The notes beneath the pieces are model-generated. The model was given only the letters and a program-made list of their open reading frames with translations. It was not told where the DNA came from and ran no database searches. Of a stretch of DNA of 24,427 bases, positions 1-8,878 are shown piece after piece. Position 1 is the first letter of the stretch. Every line of letters starts with the position of its first letter. The position numbers and the translations under genes are program-made. This DNA is from Candidatus Muiribacteriota bacterium (GTDB lineage Bacteria; Muiribacteriota; Muiribacteriia; Muiribacteriales; Muiribacteriaceae): NCBI GenBank assembly GCA_051747805.1, contig JBNJGP010000042.1:1-24427 (forward strand), given 5' to 3'.

Positions 1-2
1 TT

Positions 3-611
3 AAAGAAAATAATTTTTCAACAATGGATGAATTTTATGCTGCAGTTGCGCTTCGCTCTATAAATTTAAGAACAGTATATTATAAACTTTTTCCAAAAGT
101 TAAATCTATTATATCTTCCCCAAAAAGTCTCAAGGAATTTAAAGAAATAAAAACTCATCAGGAAGATGCTGTTTATTTAGAAGAAATTGACCATGCCCTG
201 ATTAAATTTTCTAAATGCTGCAACCCAATTCCATATGATGATATTATCGGCTTTATAACTATGGGAAAAGGTATAAGTATTCACAAAAAAAACTGCCCCA
301 ACGTCAGGGGGTTAATGAAAAATCCCGAACGAATAATGAATATAAAGTGGAATAAAAAGGCAAACAAAAATATTCTTTTTAATACTCTTGTCAGACTTGA
401 AACAATAGACAGACCTAAAATACTTTCTGAAATCACACAAAAAATTTCACAGATGGATATAAATATTTCAAGTATGAGTGCAACTGTTAATAAAAAGAAA
501 ACTGGAATTATAGATTTAGGTGTACAGATTAAACATCTAAAAGAACTCCAGCTTGTATTAAAAACTATTAAACAGATTAACGGTGTTCATCATGCCTACA
601 GAGTAGGTTAA
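3..611 (+). CDS. rel: RelA/SpoT (p)ppGpp synthetase/hydrolase, C-terminal part (gene starts upstream of window)
   Basis: Frame is open to the window edge (KENNFST-MDEFYAAVA). ZFD motif KCCNPIPYDDIIGFITMGKGISIHKKNCPN is followed by an ACT/RRM domain (DRPKILSEIT...IKQINGVHHAYR). Confidence 0.93.
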   Translation, partial: KENNFSTMDEFYAAVALRSINLRTVYYKLFPKVKSIISSPKSLKEFKEIKTHQEDAVYLEEIDHALIKFSKCCNPIPYDDIIGFITMGKGISIHKKNCPNVRGLMKNPERIMNIKWNKKANKNILFNTLVRLETIDRPKILSEITQKISQMDINISSMSATVNKKKTGIIDLGVQIKHLKELQLVLKTIKQINGVHHAYRVG

Positions 612-1708
612 ATTCTATCCTCGGTAACTGGATCAAAAAAGTGCATTTTATCACGGTTAAAAAACACCTCTAGCTTTTTATCGTATTTAACTTCTACTTC
701 AGGTTCTAATCTTATTACCAAAGACTGATTACCGATTTGTATTGTACAATGTTTTTCATTCCCCATTGGCTCAATAACTTCAACATCGGTTTTCATAACT
801 TCATCCTTATTAAATTCAATTACTTTTGCAATTGAAGACTTGGGACTGTAAACATGTTCGGGTCTTATTCCAAGAACAACTTCCTTGTCCCTGTAATTTT
901 TTAAATTTTCAGGTGGATTTAATACAGGTATTTTTAAATCATCAACCGAAACAGTTTTACCGTCATACAATCCCTTAATAAAGTTCATTGAAGGAGAGCC
1001 TATAAAACTTGCAACAAAAATATTTTCCGGCTCTGAATAAACAACTTCAGGACTATCAACCTGTTTAATAACACCTTCGTCAAATATTGCTATTCTGTCT
1101 CCCATAGTTAATGCCTCAACCTGATCATGTGTTACATATACAATTGTAGAATTAAGTTTTCTATGAAGTTTGATAATTTCAGCCCTCATCTGAACTCTAA
1201 GTTTAGCGTCCAGATTAGAAAGAGGTTCATCCATTAAAAACACTTTTGGTTCTCTCACTATCGCCCTTCCCAGAGCAACTCTCTGTCGCTGACCACCCGA
1301 AAGAGCTTTTGGTTTTCTTTCAAGATATTCTTTAATTCCAAGTATTTCGGCCGCATCGTGTACTCTCTTTTCAATTTCGTCTTTAGGATATTTACGTAAT
1401 TTTAAACCAAACGCCATATTATCATAAACATTCATATGCGGATACAAAGCATAATTCTGAAAAACCATGGCAATATCTCTATCTTTCGGTGCTAGGTCGT
1501 TTACAACCTGCTGACCAATACTTATCTGTCCTTCTGTAATATCTTCAAGACCTGCAATCATTCGAAGTGTTGTCGATTTACCACAACCCGATGGTCCCAC
1601 AAGTATCATAAACTCCTTATCTTTTATTTCAAGGTCTATATTTTTAATAGTTTTTTCAGTAGACCCCTCATACACCTTAACTAAATCTTCCATTTTAACT
1701 CCTGCCAT
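608..1708 (-). CDS. Sugar ABC transporter ATP-binding protein (MsmX/MalK/UgpC family)
   Basis: Walker A GPSGCGKST, AMVFQNYALYPHM, signature LSGGQRQR, Walker B FLMDEPLSNLD, H-loop VTHDQ, C-terminal GIRPEH/TOBE region. SD AGGAGG upstream. Confidence 0.95.
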   Translation of the reverse strand: MAGVKMEDLVKVYEGSTEKTIKNIDLEIKDKEFMILVGPSGCGKSTTLRMIAGLEDITEGQISIGQQVVNDLAPKDRDIAMVFQNYALYPHMNVYDNMAFGLKLRKYPKDEIEKRVHDAAEILGIKEYLERKPKALSGGQRQRVALGRAIVREPKVFLMDEPLSNLDAKLRVQMRAEIIKLHRKLNSTIVYVTHDQVEALTMGDRIAIFDEGVIKQVDSPEVVYSEPENIFVASFIGSPSMNFIKGLYDGKTVSVDDLKIPVLNPPENLKNYRDKEVVLGIRPEHVYSPKSSIAKVIEFNKDEVMKTDVEVIEPMGNEKHCTIQIGNQSLVIRLEPEVEVKYDKKLEVFFNRDKMHFFDPVTEDRI

Positions 1709-1751
1709 TTTTTTCCTCCTGAATTAATCTATGCTGTTAAAAATTAAATTA

Positions 1752-2201
1752 TTACTTTATATACTCAGTATTCACCTGCAAAACATCATAATCAATATTT
1801 AATCCTGGTATTCCAACTTTTCCTGAAACTGCAACTGAAATATTATTGTTAAACCTTACAATTCCAATTTTAAATCCTGCACCAGAAATACTGAAAGTAC
1901 CATTATCCAGCTTTTTAAAAATTTTTTCAAACATATTAAAAAAAAGATATTTAAAATTACTGGAATGATCCACTAATCCAGCATTTTCAGCCGCGGTAAG
2001 CGAATTTCTGAAAAGCTTATCTTTTAGATTATCTCCACGACCTCCAGCCCGTGTAATTACACAGCTAATATTCTTATTTTTAAAATAATCAACAAGTTCT
2101 TCGTCTCTTGCATCATCAAGCATACTTAATATTACAGCAGTTTTTGCCGTAGATATTTTCCCTTTTAAACATATAAATTCATCAACATTAAAATTTTTCA
2201 T
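1752..2201 (-). CDS. HutP-like protein (divergent)
   Basis: 149 aa, HutP-family pattern: AKTAVILSM...TRAGG...LTAAENAGLV...GFKIGIVR...ISVAVSGKVG. Start overlaps the whiA stop (ATGA). Confidence 0.65.
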   Translation of the reverse strand: MKNFNVDEFICLKGKISTAKTAVILSMLDDARDEELVDYFKNKNISCVITRAGGRGDNLKDKLFRNSLTAAENAGLVDHSSNFKYLFFNMFEKIFKKLDNGTFSISGAGFKIGIVRFNNNISVAVSGKVGIPGLNIDYDVLQVNTEYIK

Positions 2202-3139
2202 TCTTTAGATTCTACCATATCATAAGTGAATTTTAAATATTTTCTATTGATTTTTTTTATATAATAGGATACCTGGTTTTTGGTTAAGTTAAGCTCCAAG
2301 GCAATTTCTGCATAAGACATAGAAGGATGAAGCAGTCTTATATTAATAACATTCTGACTAATTTTATCCAGTTTTTCAAAAAAAAGGGGAGATTTTTTAG
2401 CCTCTGTAAATATTTTAACCTGTCTGGAACCAGTTTCTACTGACCTGTCCATGTTTTTTAACTCACAGTTTACTTTTCTGTTTACTTTATTCTTTATATC
2501 CTTTAAAACAGAATTTTCCTGCATTATATTAATAAACGAGGCTGTCTTTATTAAAAGAAGAAATTTTATAATTCCATCAAAATTTTTAATATAAATTATT
2601 GTATTTTCTTTTTTGTTTGAAATTTTAAAATCAATTCCTGGAAACTTTTTAAATTTTTCTTTGAGTATTTGGGCTAAAATTCTCCTGTTTTTTAAATTTA
2701 TTTCAATATGATATTTTTTGGCAGGATTGGAAATAAACCCTGAATTCAAAAAAAGAAAGGCGGCAAAATTTTTAAAACAGCAATTTTTATTTAAAATATC
2801 AGTCATTAATTTTTCGTTTGAGTAAATAGTTAAAAAATCGATTTCTCTATATTTTAAATCAAAAATCTGTAATTTTATTTTTTTAATATTATTTTTCCCT
2901 GAATATATACATTTAATATCACTTCTTTTCAGGCTAAGTCGGTTTATCACAGTTAATATTTTCCTGAAAACACTCATAGAAGTAAATTGCAGTTCAAAGC
3001 TTATTTTTGAATTATCTTTTTTAATAGAAGCGTTTAAAAGTAAAATACCAAAAAAACAAGCCTCACAACAGCAATCATTTTCAAGTCTAAGTTTAATCTC
3101 GCCTTTTAATATTTCAGTATAATTTTCCGTGGATATCAC
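2198..3139 (-). CDS. whiA: DNA-binding protein WhiA
   Basis: Motifs FLFLNSGFISNPAKKYHIEI, IYIKN, KNKVNRKVNCELKNMDRSV and C-terminal HTH RLLHPSMSYAEIA. Start placed at GTG 3139 (GGAG upstream, smaller overlap) rather than 3175; exact start uncertain. Confidence 0.9.
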   Translation of the reverse strand: MISTENYTEILKGEIKLRLENDCCCEACFFGILLLNASIKKDNSKISFELQFTSMSVFRKILTVINRLSLKRSDIKCIYSGKNNIKKIKLQIFDLKYREIDFLTIYSNEKLMTDILNKNCCFKNFAAFLFLNSGFISNPAKKYHIEINLKNRRILAQILKEKFKKFPGIDFKISNKKENTIIYIKNFDGIIKFLLLIKTASFINIMQENSVLKDIKNKVNRKVNCELKNMDRSVETGSRQVKIFTEAKKSPLFFEKLDKISQNVINIRLLHPSMSYAEIALELNLTKNQVSYYIKKINRKYLKFTYDMVESKE

Positions 3140-4301
3140 AGATAATTTCTCCATTATCAATAGTATATTCTCCACCCTGAGGACAGGATATATCAGCAGG
3201 AAGAAAAGGGATTATATCATCAAATTCGATAAGCGATTCAGCTTTATCATTTACCAGTAAAAATCTACCAATTGCAATATTAATAATTTCCTGATTTCTG
3301 TAACAACTCTCTCTAAAAACATCCCGCATATTCTGGGCAAAATAATTAATAAATGGGAATATATTAGGATTAATCCCATACTGAGAACTTTCTACATAAA
3401 AATTCCTGTTAATAAAAAAAGGACTACCATCAACATCTTCAAAAGGCACTTCTTTTTCATAAAAAACTTTTGTATATGGTCTTATTTTATCAACTTCATA
3501 GTCCTCTGTATCAGGATTAATTATCCTGTAATAGTTTAAGGCTGCTGTCCAGACAGTAGTTCGAAAATAAGAGGTAATTTGAGATATTAACTGACTTTCT
3601 TCCTCTTTAGTAAACCTGAATTCATTATACTGGTTTATAATTTCCAGCAACCTCACATGTGCATCGGCAAATCTATCTAACTTTTTAAGTATCAAAACTT
3701 CTTTTAAATAGGCTTTAATATTATGATATTCATTTTGTTTTAAAAACTTAATATTTTCTAACGCGCGGTCATAACGTCTAAAATCTAAAAAAATTTCTGC
3801 TTTTTTTAAATATGCCCCAAAAAAAAATTCATCTTTTTTAACTACCCTGTCATAATATTCAAGAGCTTTTTCTAACATGCCCCTCGCATAATAAATGTCG
3901 CCTATAGTATTTAAAGTATGAGGTGCAGGTTTTAATGAATAGGCTTTATGAGCAAAAGAAAGTGCAACGTCTAAATTAATCATATTTTCAACATATAACA
4001 CAGCTATATTATTTAGAACTTCTGGAAAGTCAGGCTTTAAATCAAGTGCTTTACGAAAACTGTGCAGGGCATTTTTAAACTCATCAAGCTCTTTATAGGC
4101 AATTCCCATATTATTATGAATTTCAGCAACATCAGGGGAGTTTTGCAGTAACTCCTTATAGGTGTTTATTGCATCTCTGTATTGACCATGTTTCATATAA
4201 TTATTTGCAATCTCAAGAAGATTATTCCAATAATCCCCATAAGAAGTAAAAAAGGAGAATAATATTATTAACAATAATAAAAATTTCTTTTTTCTACCCA
4301 T
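3114..4301 (-). CDS. Secreted TPR protein with C-terminal pilin-like Cys/His module
   Basis: Likely start MGRKKKFLLLLIILFSFFTSYG (Sec-type signal; ATG 4301 or 4304 overlapping the upstream stop). Several TPRs (AEIHNNMGIAY, PEVLNNIAVLY, TLNTIGDIYY). C-terminus CYRNQ...CPQGGEY...CDIHG. Confidence 0.85.
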   Translation of the reverse strand: MGRKKKFLLLLIILFSFFTSYGDYWNNLLEIANNYMKHGQYRDAINTYKELLQNSPDVAEIHNNMGIAYKELDEFKNALHSFRKALDLKPDFPEVLNNIAVLYVENMINLDVALSFAHKAYSLKPAPHTLNTIGDIYYARGMLEKALEYYDRVVKKDEFFFGAYLKKAEIFLDFRRYDRALENIKFLKQNEYHNIKAYLKEVLILKKLDRFADAHVRLLEIINQYNEFRFTKEEESQLISQITSYFRTTVWTAALNYYRIINPDTEDYEVDKIRPYTKVFYEKEVPFEDVDGSPFFINRNFYVESSQYGINPNIFPFINYFAQNMRDVFRESCYRNQEIINIAIGRFLLVNDKAESLIEFDDIIPFLPADISCPQGGEYTIDNGEIICDIHGKLY

Positions 4302-5262
4302 CATCAACTTCAAGTAATTCATCAATTGCTTCATCGATTTTTTCCCTAAGCTCCCCTTTAGCAGAAGCAAGCTTATGAGTTAATTCTGATAAATAATTTT
4401 TGAGCCGGTAATTCCCAGTAACTTCTATCGAAAATAAAACTTCTTCTTCTTTCTCTGAATTCAGGTACTTTTCAAAAAAAGAAGAGGCTTTTTCAACATT
4501 ATTATTAATCATTTTGGCAAGCGCTGTAATAATATTCCTGACAATACTCCAGTCCTTTTTATCAAAAATTTTATTTTCTATTAGAAGCTCAAGACCCTTT
4601 TTATCAGCAAGTTCTCCAAGCGCATAAACAGCAGAAGCAACCATAAGATTGGTTGAAGATTGCAGCATTTCTTCTAAAATTTTATACCCCTCTTTTTTGC
4701 CTTTTTTAATAAAAAGAAGAGCAGTATTTGCCCTGACACGATTATTATTATCTCTCATAAACGGTTTCAGTAAATTAAGAATTTTTTGATTATTAAAATG
4801 CTCAAGTGCTTCAATTGTATTAGCTTTAATTCTTGAATCATTAGAATTAAGATAATCAGCAATAAAAGGAATAATAGATTCATCGTTTAATATCCCAAGT
4901 GCTTTAATTATTGTTGCTTTTACCCTGTTATCTGTTTCGCTTTCAAGATATTTTAATAAAATGTGGGAGCCTTTATCAGGTTTCAGCTGTCCAATAGTTT
5001 CTACTATTTTTATTCGTACCCAGTCCTCTGGTTCGGCAAGTGATTCAAAAAGAGGTTTTACCGAGCACTGCATTTTCAATTCTTGCAGAGATTGAACCGC
5101 AATATAACGAACAATTGCATCGTTATGCTCTAAAAAAGGAACAATAGCCTCTACAACTTTAGTTTCTCTAAAACTTTTCAGCTTTTTAATTAAAAATAGA
5201 ATTTCATCAATATTCTTTGATTTATTCAGCCTTTCTATTAACTTATCAGAAGTTTTATTCAT
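4294..5262 (-). CDS. HEAT repeat protein (PBS-lyase HEAT-like)
   Basis: Repeated motifs DAIVRYIAVQSL, EDWVRIKIVETIG, DNRVKATIIKALG, DSRIKANTIEAL, NNRVRANTALL. SD-like GAGGGG upstream. Confidence 0.88.
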   Translation of the reverse strand: MNKTSDKLIERLNKSKNIDEILFLIKKLKSFRETKVVEAIVPFLEHNDAIVRYIAVQSLQELKMQCSVKPLFESLAEPEDWVRIKIVETIGQLKPDKGSHILLKYLESETDNRVKATIIKALGILNDESIIPFIADYLNSNDSRIKANTIEALEHFNNQKILNLLKPFMRDNNNRVRANTALLFIKKGKKEGYKILEEMLQSSTNLMVASAVYALGELADKKGLELLIENKIFDKKDWSIVRNIITALAKMINNNVEKASSFFEKYLNSEKEEEVLFSIEVTGNYRLKNYLSELTHKLASAKGELREKIDEAIDELLEVDDG

Positions 5263-5354
5263 AATGTTCCCCTCTTTTCCATGTTTATTGATTTAACTTA
5301 ATTTTTACTAATTATTAAAACTTCAATAACCAGTTCTATACAACCCTTGTAAAA

Positions 5355-6464
5355 TCAAGCTTTTTGACAAGAAAAAATAATTGTAGTACCCACTCCAGGC
5401 TGACTTTCAACAAAAAGGTCTCCATCATGTAAATCAACAACAGCTTTTACAATGGTCAACCCCAATCCAATCCCGGAATACTGCTTAGTATAGGATTGAT
5501 CAACCTGATAAAAATGCTCAAAAATTTTATCTAATTTATTTTTTTCAATACCTATACCATTATCTTTTATATATATATAATAGCTTCCATTTTTTTCTTT
5601 TTGTATACCGGTTTCAGTAAAACCACCGTTTTCTGTAAATTTTATCGAATTTAAATAAATATTAACAAATAAATGTATAATCCTTTCTTTATCAACATAT
5701 ACAAAAAATTGATTTTTTTCAAAATTATTTTTAAAATTTATGTTTTTTTCCTCTATATTAGGATGGACTATATTATAAGCAAATTCAATAATATCGTACA
5801 AATCTACCCTTTCTTTCTTAATATTAATTTCACCATAAACAATCCTTGAATAATCAATCATATTTTCAATTAAACTAGACAACTTCATAAGATTTCTTTT
5901 GGTTACAGAAAGACTTTTTTTCTGTCCTCCGGATATTTTCCCGATTTTTTCAGAAAGCAGGAGTTCGTTATAACCGATAATTACCCCAAGCGGTGTTTTA
6001 AGCTCATGGGATATAGAGGCAATAAAATTTTTCTTTATATTTTCAAGATCAACAAGTCTTCTATTAGCATATTCAAGTTCTTTTGAATAAACTGCAAGCT
6101 GTTGCGAAAAGGCGATTGTCTGATTATATGCAGAGTTCAATTCTTTTGCCAGGGATTTAATTTTATTTTCAAGTCTGTTTAAGGATTTAATAATTAAAAC
6201 AGACTCATCATTATTTTTTTGTTTATTATCTGAAAGCTGCAGTATTTTATTAAAAACCCTTTCCAGTTTTTTAAAAATAAAATATTCTGAAAGAATAAAA
6301 TACATAAAAACAGAAATCGCGGAAAAAGAAATAAACGAAAGAGAAATTCTATAAAAATTTTCTAGACAAATATCAATATTAAATTTTAAGAAAAATAAAA
6401 AGAAAAAGTTAAAAAGAAAAATTACAAAAATATATATTAAAAGATTTTTAAATTTAATTTTCAT
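5355..6464 (-). CDS. Membrane sensor histidine kinase (2 TM, HisKA + HATPase_c)
   Basis: H-box FIASISHELKTPL, N-box NIYLNSIKFT, G1 IKDNGIGI, F-box IFEHFYQV, G2 GIGLGLTIVK. Two N-terminal hydrophobic helices. Confidence 0.93.
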   Translation of the reverse strand: MKIKFKNLLIYIFVIFLFNFFFLFFLKFNIDICLENFYRISLSFISFSAISVFMYFILSEYFIFKKLERVFNKILQLSDNKQKNNDESVLIIKSLNRLENKIKSLAKELNSAYNQTIAFSQQLAVYSKELEYANRRLVDLENIKKNFIASISHELKTPLGVIIGYNELLLSEKIGKISGGQKKSLSVTKRNLMKLSSLIENMIDYSRIVYGEINIKKERVDLYDIIEFAYNIVHPNIEEKNINFKNNFEKNQFFVYVDKERIIHLFVNIYLNSIKFTENGGFTETGIQKEKNGSYYIYIKDNGIGIEKNKLDKIFEHFYQVDQSYTKQYSGIGLGLTIVKAVVDLHDGDLFVESQPGVGTTIIFSCQKA

Positions 6465-6680
6465 TTATTCATATGTTTCACAATAAGAATCATCTTCAAC
6501 AATTAAATCATAACCATGACCATCAACACTTTTACACTTACCAAAATTACCGGTCATAACCTCAAAAAAACGGCAGTTTCTACAGCATTTTTTTACATCT
6601 GCATTTTTTGATTCTTTAGTTGAAGTATTTATTGAAACATTCTGGTTTCCGGGATTTTTTCTAATATTCTCCGTCAACAT
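6465..6680 (-). CDS. Small Cys-rich protein (putative Fe-S or Zn binding)
   Basis: 71 aa with CCRNCRFF...GKC...YCETYE. Purine-rich SD GAAGGGGG before the ATG. Stop directly abuts the kinase ATG (TAAATG). Confidence 0.7.
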   Translation of the reverse strand: MLTENIRKNPGNQNVSINTSTKESKNADVKKCCRNCRFFEVMTGNFGKCKSVDGHGYDLIVEDDSYCETYE

Positions 6681-6750
6681 ACTGCCCCCTTCTAAAAAAA
6701 CAAATACTCAATAATAAATATTTTTAACAAATTATCCTTAATCTAATTTA

Positions 6751-6779
6751 ATTGTAACGTAAAAAAAAAATTTTGTCTT
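6751..6779 (-). promoter_or_regulatory. Candidate sigma70-type promoter for the Cys-rich protein/kinase unit
   Basis: Minus strand AAGACA-N17-TACAAT, downstream of the 6844-6873 terminator. Confidence 0.4.
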
Positions 6780-6843
6780 TGATTTTTTTGGTTTAAGAAA
6801 TTTTCAATGAACCTGAAGATTCAGTTTCTATTTAAAGAAAAAT

Positions 6844-6873
6844 AAAAAGGGCAGTTAACAAACCGCCCTTTTT
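6844..6873 (-). terminator. Rho-independent terminator of the acidic TPR gene
   Basis: Minus strand AAAAAGGGCGGTT-TGTT-AACTGCCC-TTTTT (8-bp stem with one G-U, then a U-tract), 22 nt past the stop. Confidence 0.85.
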
Positions 6874-6895
6874 AAAGAATTTACAATATTAAAAA

Positions 6896-7390
6896 TTATA
6901 AATCCTCAAAATCTTCCTCTTCTGGAGTTTCTGCGGTTAATTCTTCAATAACTTGAATAACATTTTCAGCGTCAGCAATTCCTAACTCACTTGCAACTTC
7001 TAAATCTTCCACAGCTGAATCATAATCCTGTAGTTGTGCCTTTACAACGCCTCTACCATAATAAGGGTTGGCAAAATCAGGTTTAAGCTCAATAGCTTTT
7101 GTAAAATTATCAATTGCATCGTCAAATTCTTCAAGATGAAGCATTGAAGCTCCAATTCCAAAATAAGCCTCAGCATATTCAGGCTCAATATCAATTGCCT
7201 TTTCAAAATCAGTTAAAGCACCTTCATAATCTTCAGCGTTAATTTTATCAAACCCGCTGAAAAAATAACCATTAGCTTCTTCTGAAACTGCCTCTTCTGA
7301 AACTGCCTCTTCTGAAACTGCCTCTTCTGCATAAACAGAAACACTGAAAACCATAGCAAAAACAAATAAAACTAATAAAACTTTCTTCAC
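6896..7390 (-). CDS. Secreted acidic TPR protein
   Basis: GTG start with SD AGGAGG. Signal peptide MKKVLLVLFVFAMVFSVSVYA. About 3 TPRs (AEAYFGIG, ANPYYGRG). EEAVS repeats and an acidic tail. Confidence 0.88.
   Translation of the reverse strand: MKKVLLVLFVFAMVFSVSVYAEEAVSEEAVSEEAVSEEANGYFFSGFDKINAEDYEGALTDFEKAIDIEPEYAEAYFGIGASMLHLEEFDDAIDNFTKAIELKPDFANPYYGRGVVKAQLQDYDSAVEDLEVASELGIADAENVIQVIEELTAETPEEEDFEDL
7278..7329. repeat. 15-bp coding tandem repeat (3 full copies plus a partial) encoding EEAVS
   Basis: tcttctgaaactgcc at 7278, 7293 and 7308, plus partial tcttctg at 7323. Confidence 0.95.
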
Positions 7391-7494
7391 AATTTCCTCC
7401 TCTCCTTTTTTTTCTTAATTCTATTCTAACATAATTATCGACTTTTATTAAATCAGAGTAAACTCACCGGCTACCAACTTCATCTTTAAAAAAA

Positions 7495-7523
7495 TTGACT
7501 TTAAATTGTCTAAATTTTATTAT
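7495..7523 (+). promoter_or_regulatory. Sigma70-type promoter for asnS
   Basis: TTGACT-N17-TATTAT; SD AAGGAG at 7566-7571, ATG at 7580. Confidence 0.65.
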
Positions 7524-7579
7524 TTAAGCATTACTTAGGTTTCTTGAGTTTATAAAAATTATTTGAAGGAGTTTATTCA

Positions 7580-8872
7580 ATGAAAAAAATATGGCTTGAT
7601 GAAGGTAAAAATAACATTGGTAAGAAGGTAAGAATAAAAGGGTGGGTTTTCAATAAACGCTCAAGCGGGAAAATTAAATTTCTTCTTTTAAGAGACGGTT
7701 CAGGAGTTTGTCAGGCAGTAATCTCAAAATTTGACCTTCCGGAAGATGTTTTTAAACGTTATGACAGTATTTCTCTTGAAACTTCAGTTTGCGTTGATGG
7801 AACTTTAAAAAAAGAAGAGAGGGCCGCAGGTGGACTTGAAGTTCAAGTTGAAAATTTTGAAATTATTGGCGACAGCCATGATTACCCTATAGGAAAAAAA
7901 GAACACGGTCCTGAATTTCTTTTAGACAATAGACATTTATGGCTACGTTCCACCAAACAAAGAGCTATTATGCGAATAAGACATGAAATAATAAAAGCCT
8001 CAAGAGATTTTTTAAATAATCTTGGGTTTATTAATATAGATGCTCCTGTTTTTACCCCCAGCGCCTGTGAAGGAACAACTACACTTTTCCCTGTTGACTA
8101 TTTTGACAGCACTGCGTATTTAAGCCAGAGTGGGCAACTTTACAATGAGGCTTCTGTTATGGCGCATGGAAAAGTTTATTGTTTTGGTCCTGTTTTCCGA
8201 GCTGAAAAAAGCAAAACAAGAAGACATTTAACTGAATTCTGGCAAATTGAACCAGAAATCGCCTTTATAAATATCGAAGAAAATATGCAGCTTCAGGAAA
8301 GTATGATTCTCTATATTGTAAAAAAAATTCTTGAAAATAGAAAAAAAGAGTTAAAAATATTAGGCAGAAACCTTGAATTATTAGAGGAAATTAAAGAGCC
8401 ATTTCCAAGAATTTCCTATACTGAGGCAATTGAAATACTTCAAAAAGAAGGAAGGAATATTTCCTGGGGAGATGATTTTGGTGCGCCGGATGAAACTTTA
8501 TTATGTAAAAAATTTAAAACGCCAGTTTTTATTCATAGATTCCCTGCAAAAATAAAAGCTTTTTATATGAAAAACGATCCTGATAATTCTAAACTTGCTC
8601 TTGGTTCAGATTTACTTGCCCCCGAAGGCTATGGCGAAATTATTGGTGCCGGAATTAGAGAAGATGACCTGGATATTCTACTACAGAAAATTAAAAACCA
8701 TAATCTTCCAGAAGAAGCTTTTTCATGGTATATAGATTTAAGAAAGTACGGCTCCGTACCTCATGGAGGATTTGGTATAGGAATCGAAAGAACTGTAGCT
8801 TGGTTATGTGGAATTAATCATGTACGCGAAACAATACCATTTCCTAGAACAATATACAGATTGAATCCTTAA
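7580..8872 (+). CDS. asnS: Asparagine--tRNA ligase
   Basis: OB-fold N-terminus ([20 protein letters not shown]), YLSQSGQLY, motif 2 [20 protein letters not shown], motif 3 [15 protein letters not shown]...RETIPFPR. Confidence 0.93.
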   Translation: MKKIWLDEGKNNIGKKVRIKGWVFNKRSSGKIKFLLLRDGSGVCQAVISKFDLPEDVFKRYDSISLETSVCVDGTLKKEERAAGGLEVQVENFEIIGDSHDYPIGKKEHGPEFLLDNRHLWLRSTKQRAIMRIRHEIIKASRDFLNNLGFINIDAPVFTPSACEGTTTLFPVDYFDSTAYLSQSGQLYNEASVMAHGKVYCFGPVFRAEKSKTRRHLTEFWQIEPEIAFINIEENMQLQESMILYIVKKILENRKKELKILGRNLELLEEIKEPFPRISYTEAIEILQKEGRNISWGDDFGAPDETLLCKKFKTPVFIHRFPAKIKAFYMKNDPDNSKLALGSDLLAPEGYGEIIGAGIREDDLDILLQKIKNHNLPEEAFSWYIDLRKYGSVPHGGFGIGIERTVAWLCGINHVRETIPFPRTIYRLNP

Positions 8873-8878
8873 TTTATA

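Noticed and set aside
4302..4370. Longer N-terminus of the TPR ORF as given in the track
   Set aside because: It overlaps the HEAT gene by 77 nt and buries the signal peptide; ATG 4301/4304 fits better.
6810..6827. Imperfect palindrome around ctgaa-ga-ttcag upstream of the candidate 6751-6779 promoter
   Set aside because: Only a 5-bp perfect core in AT-rich DNA and no second copy noticed; too weak to call an operator.
7278..7329. Direct repeats as a CRISPR array
   Set aside because: Contiguous 15-bp in-frame units with no spacers and no cas genes.
7391..7579. T-box riboswitch upstream of asnS
   Set aside because: The predicted leader is only about 50 nt, and no T-box AGGGTGGNACCGCG-like motif or terminator is present.
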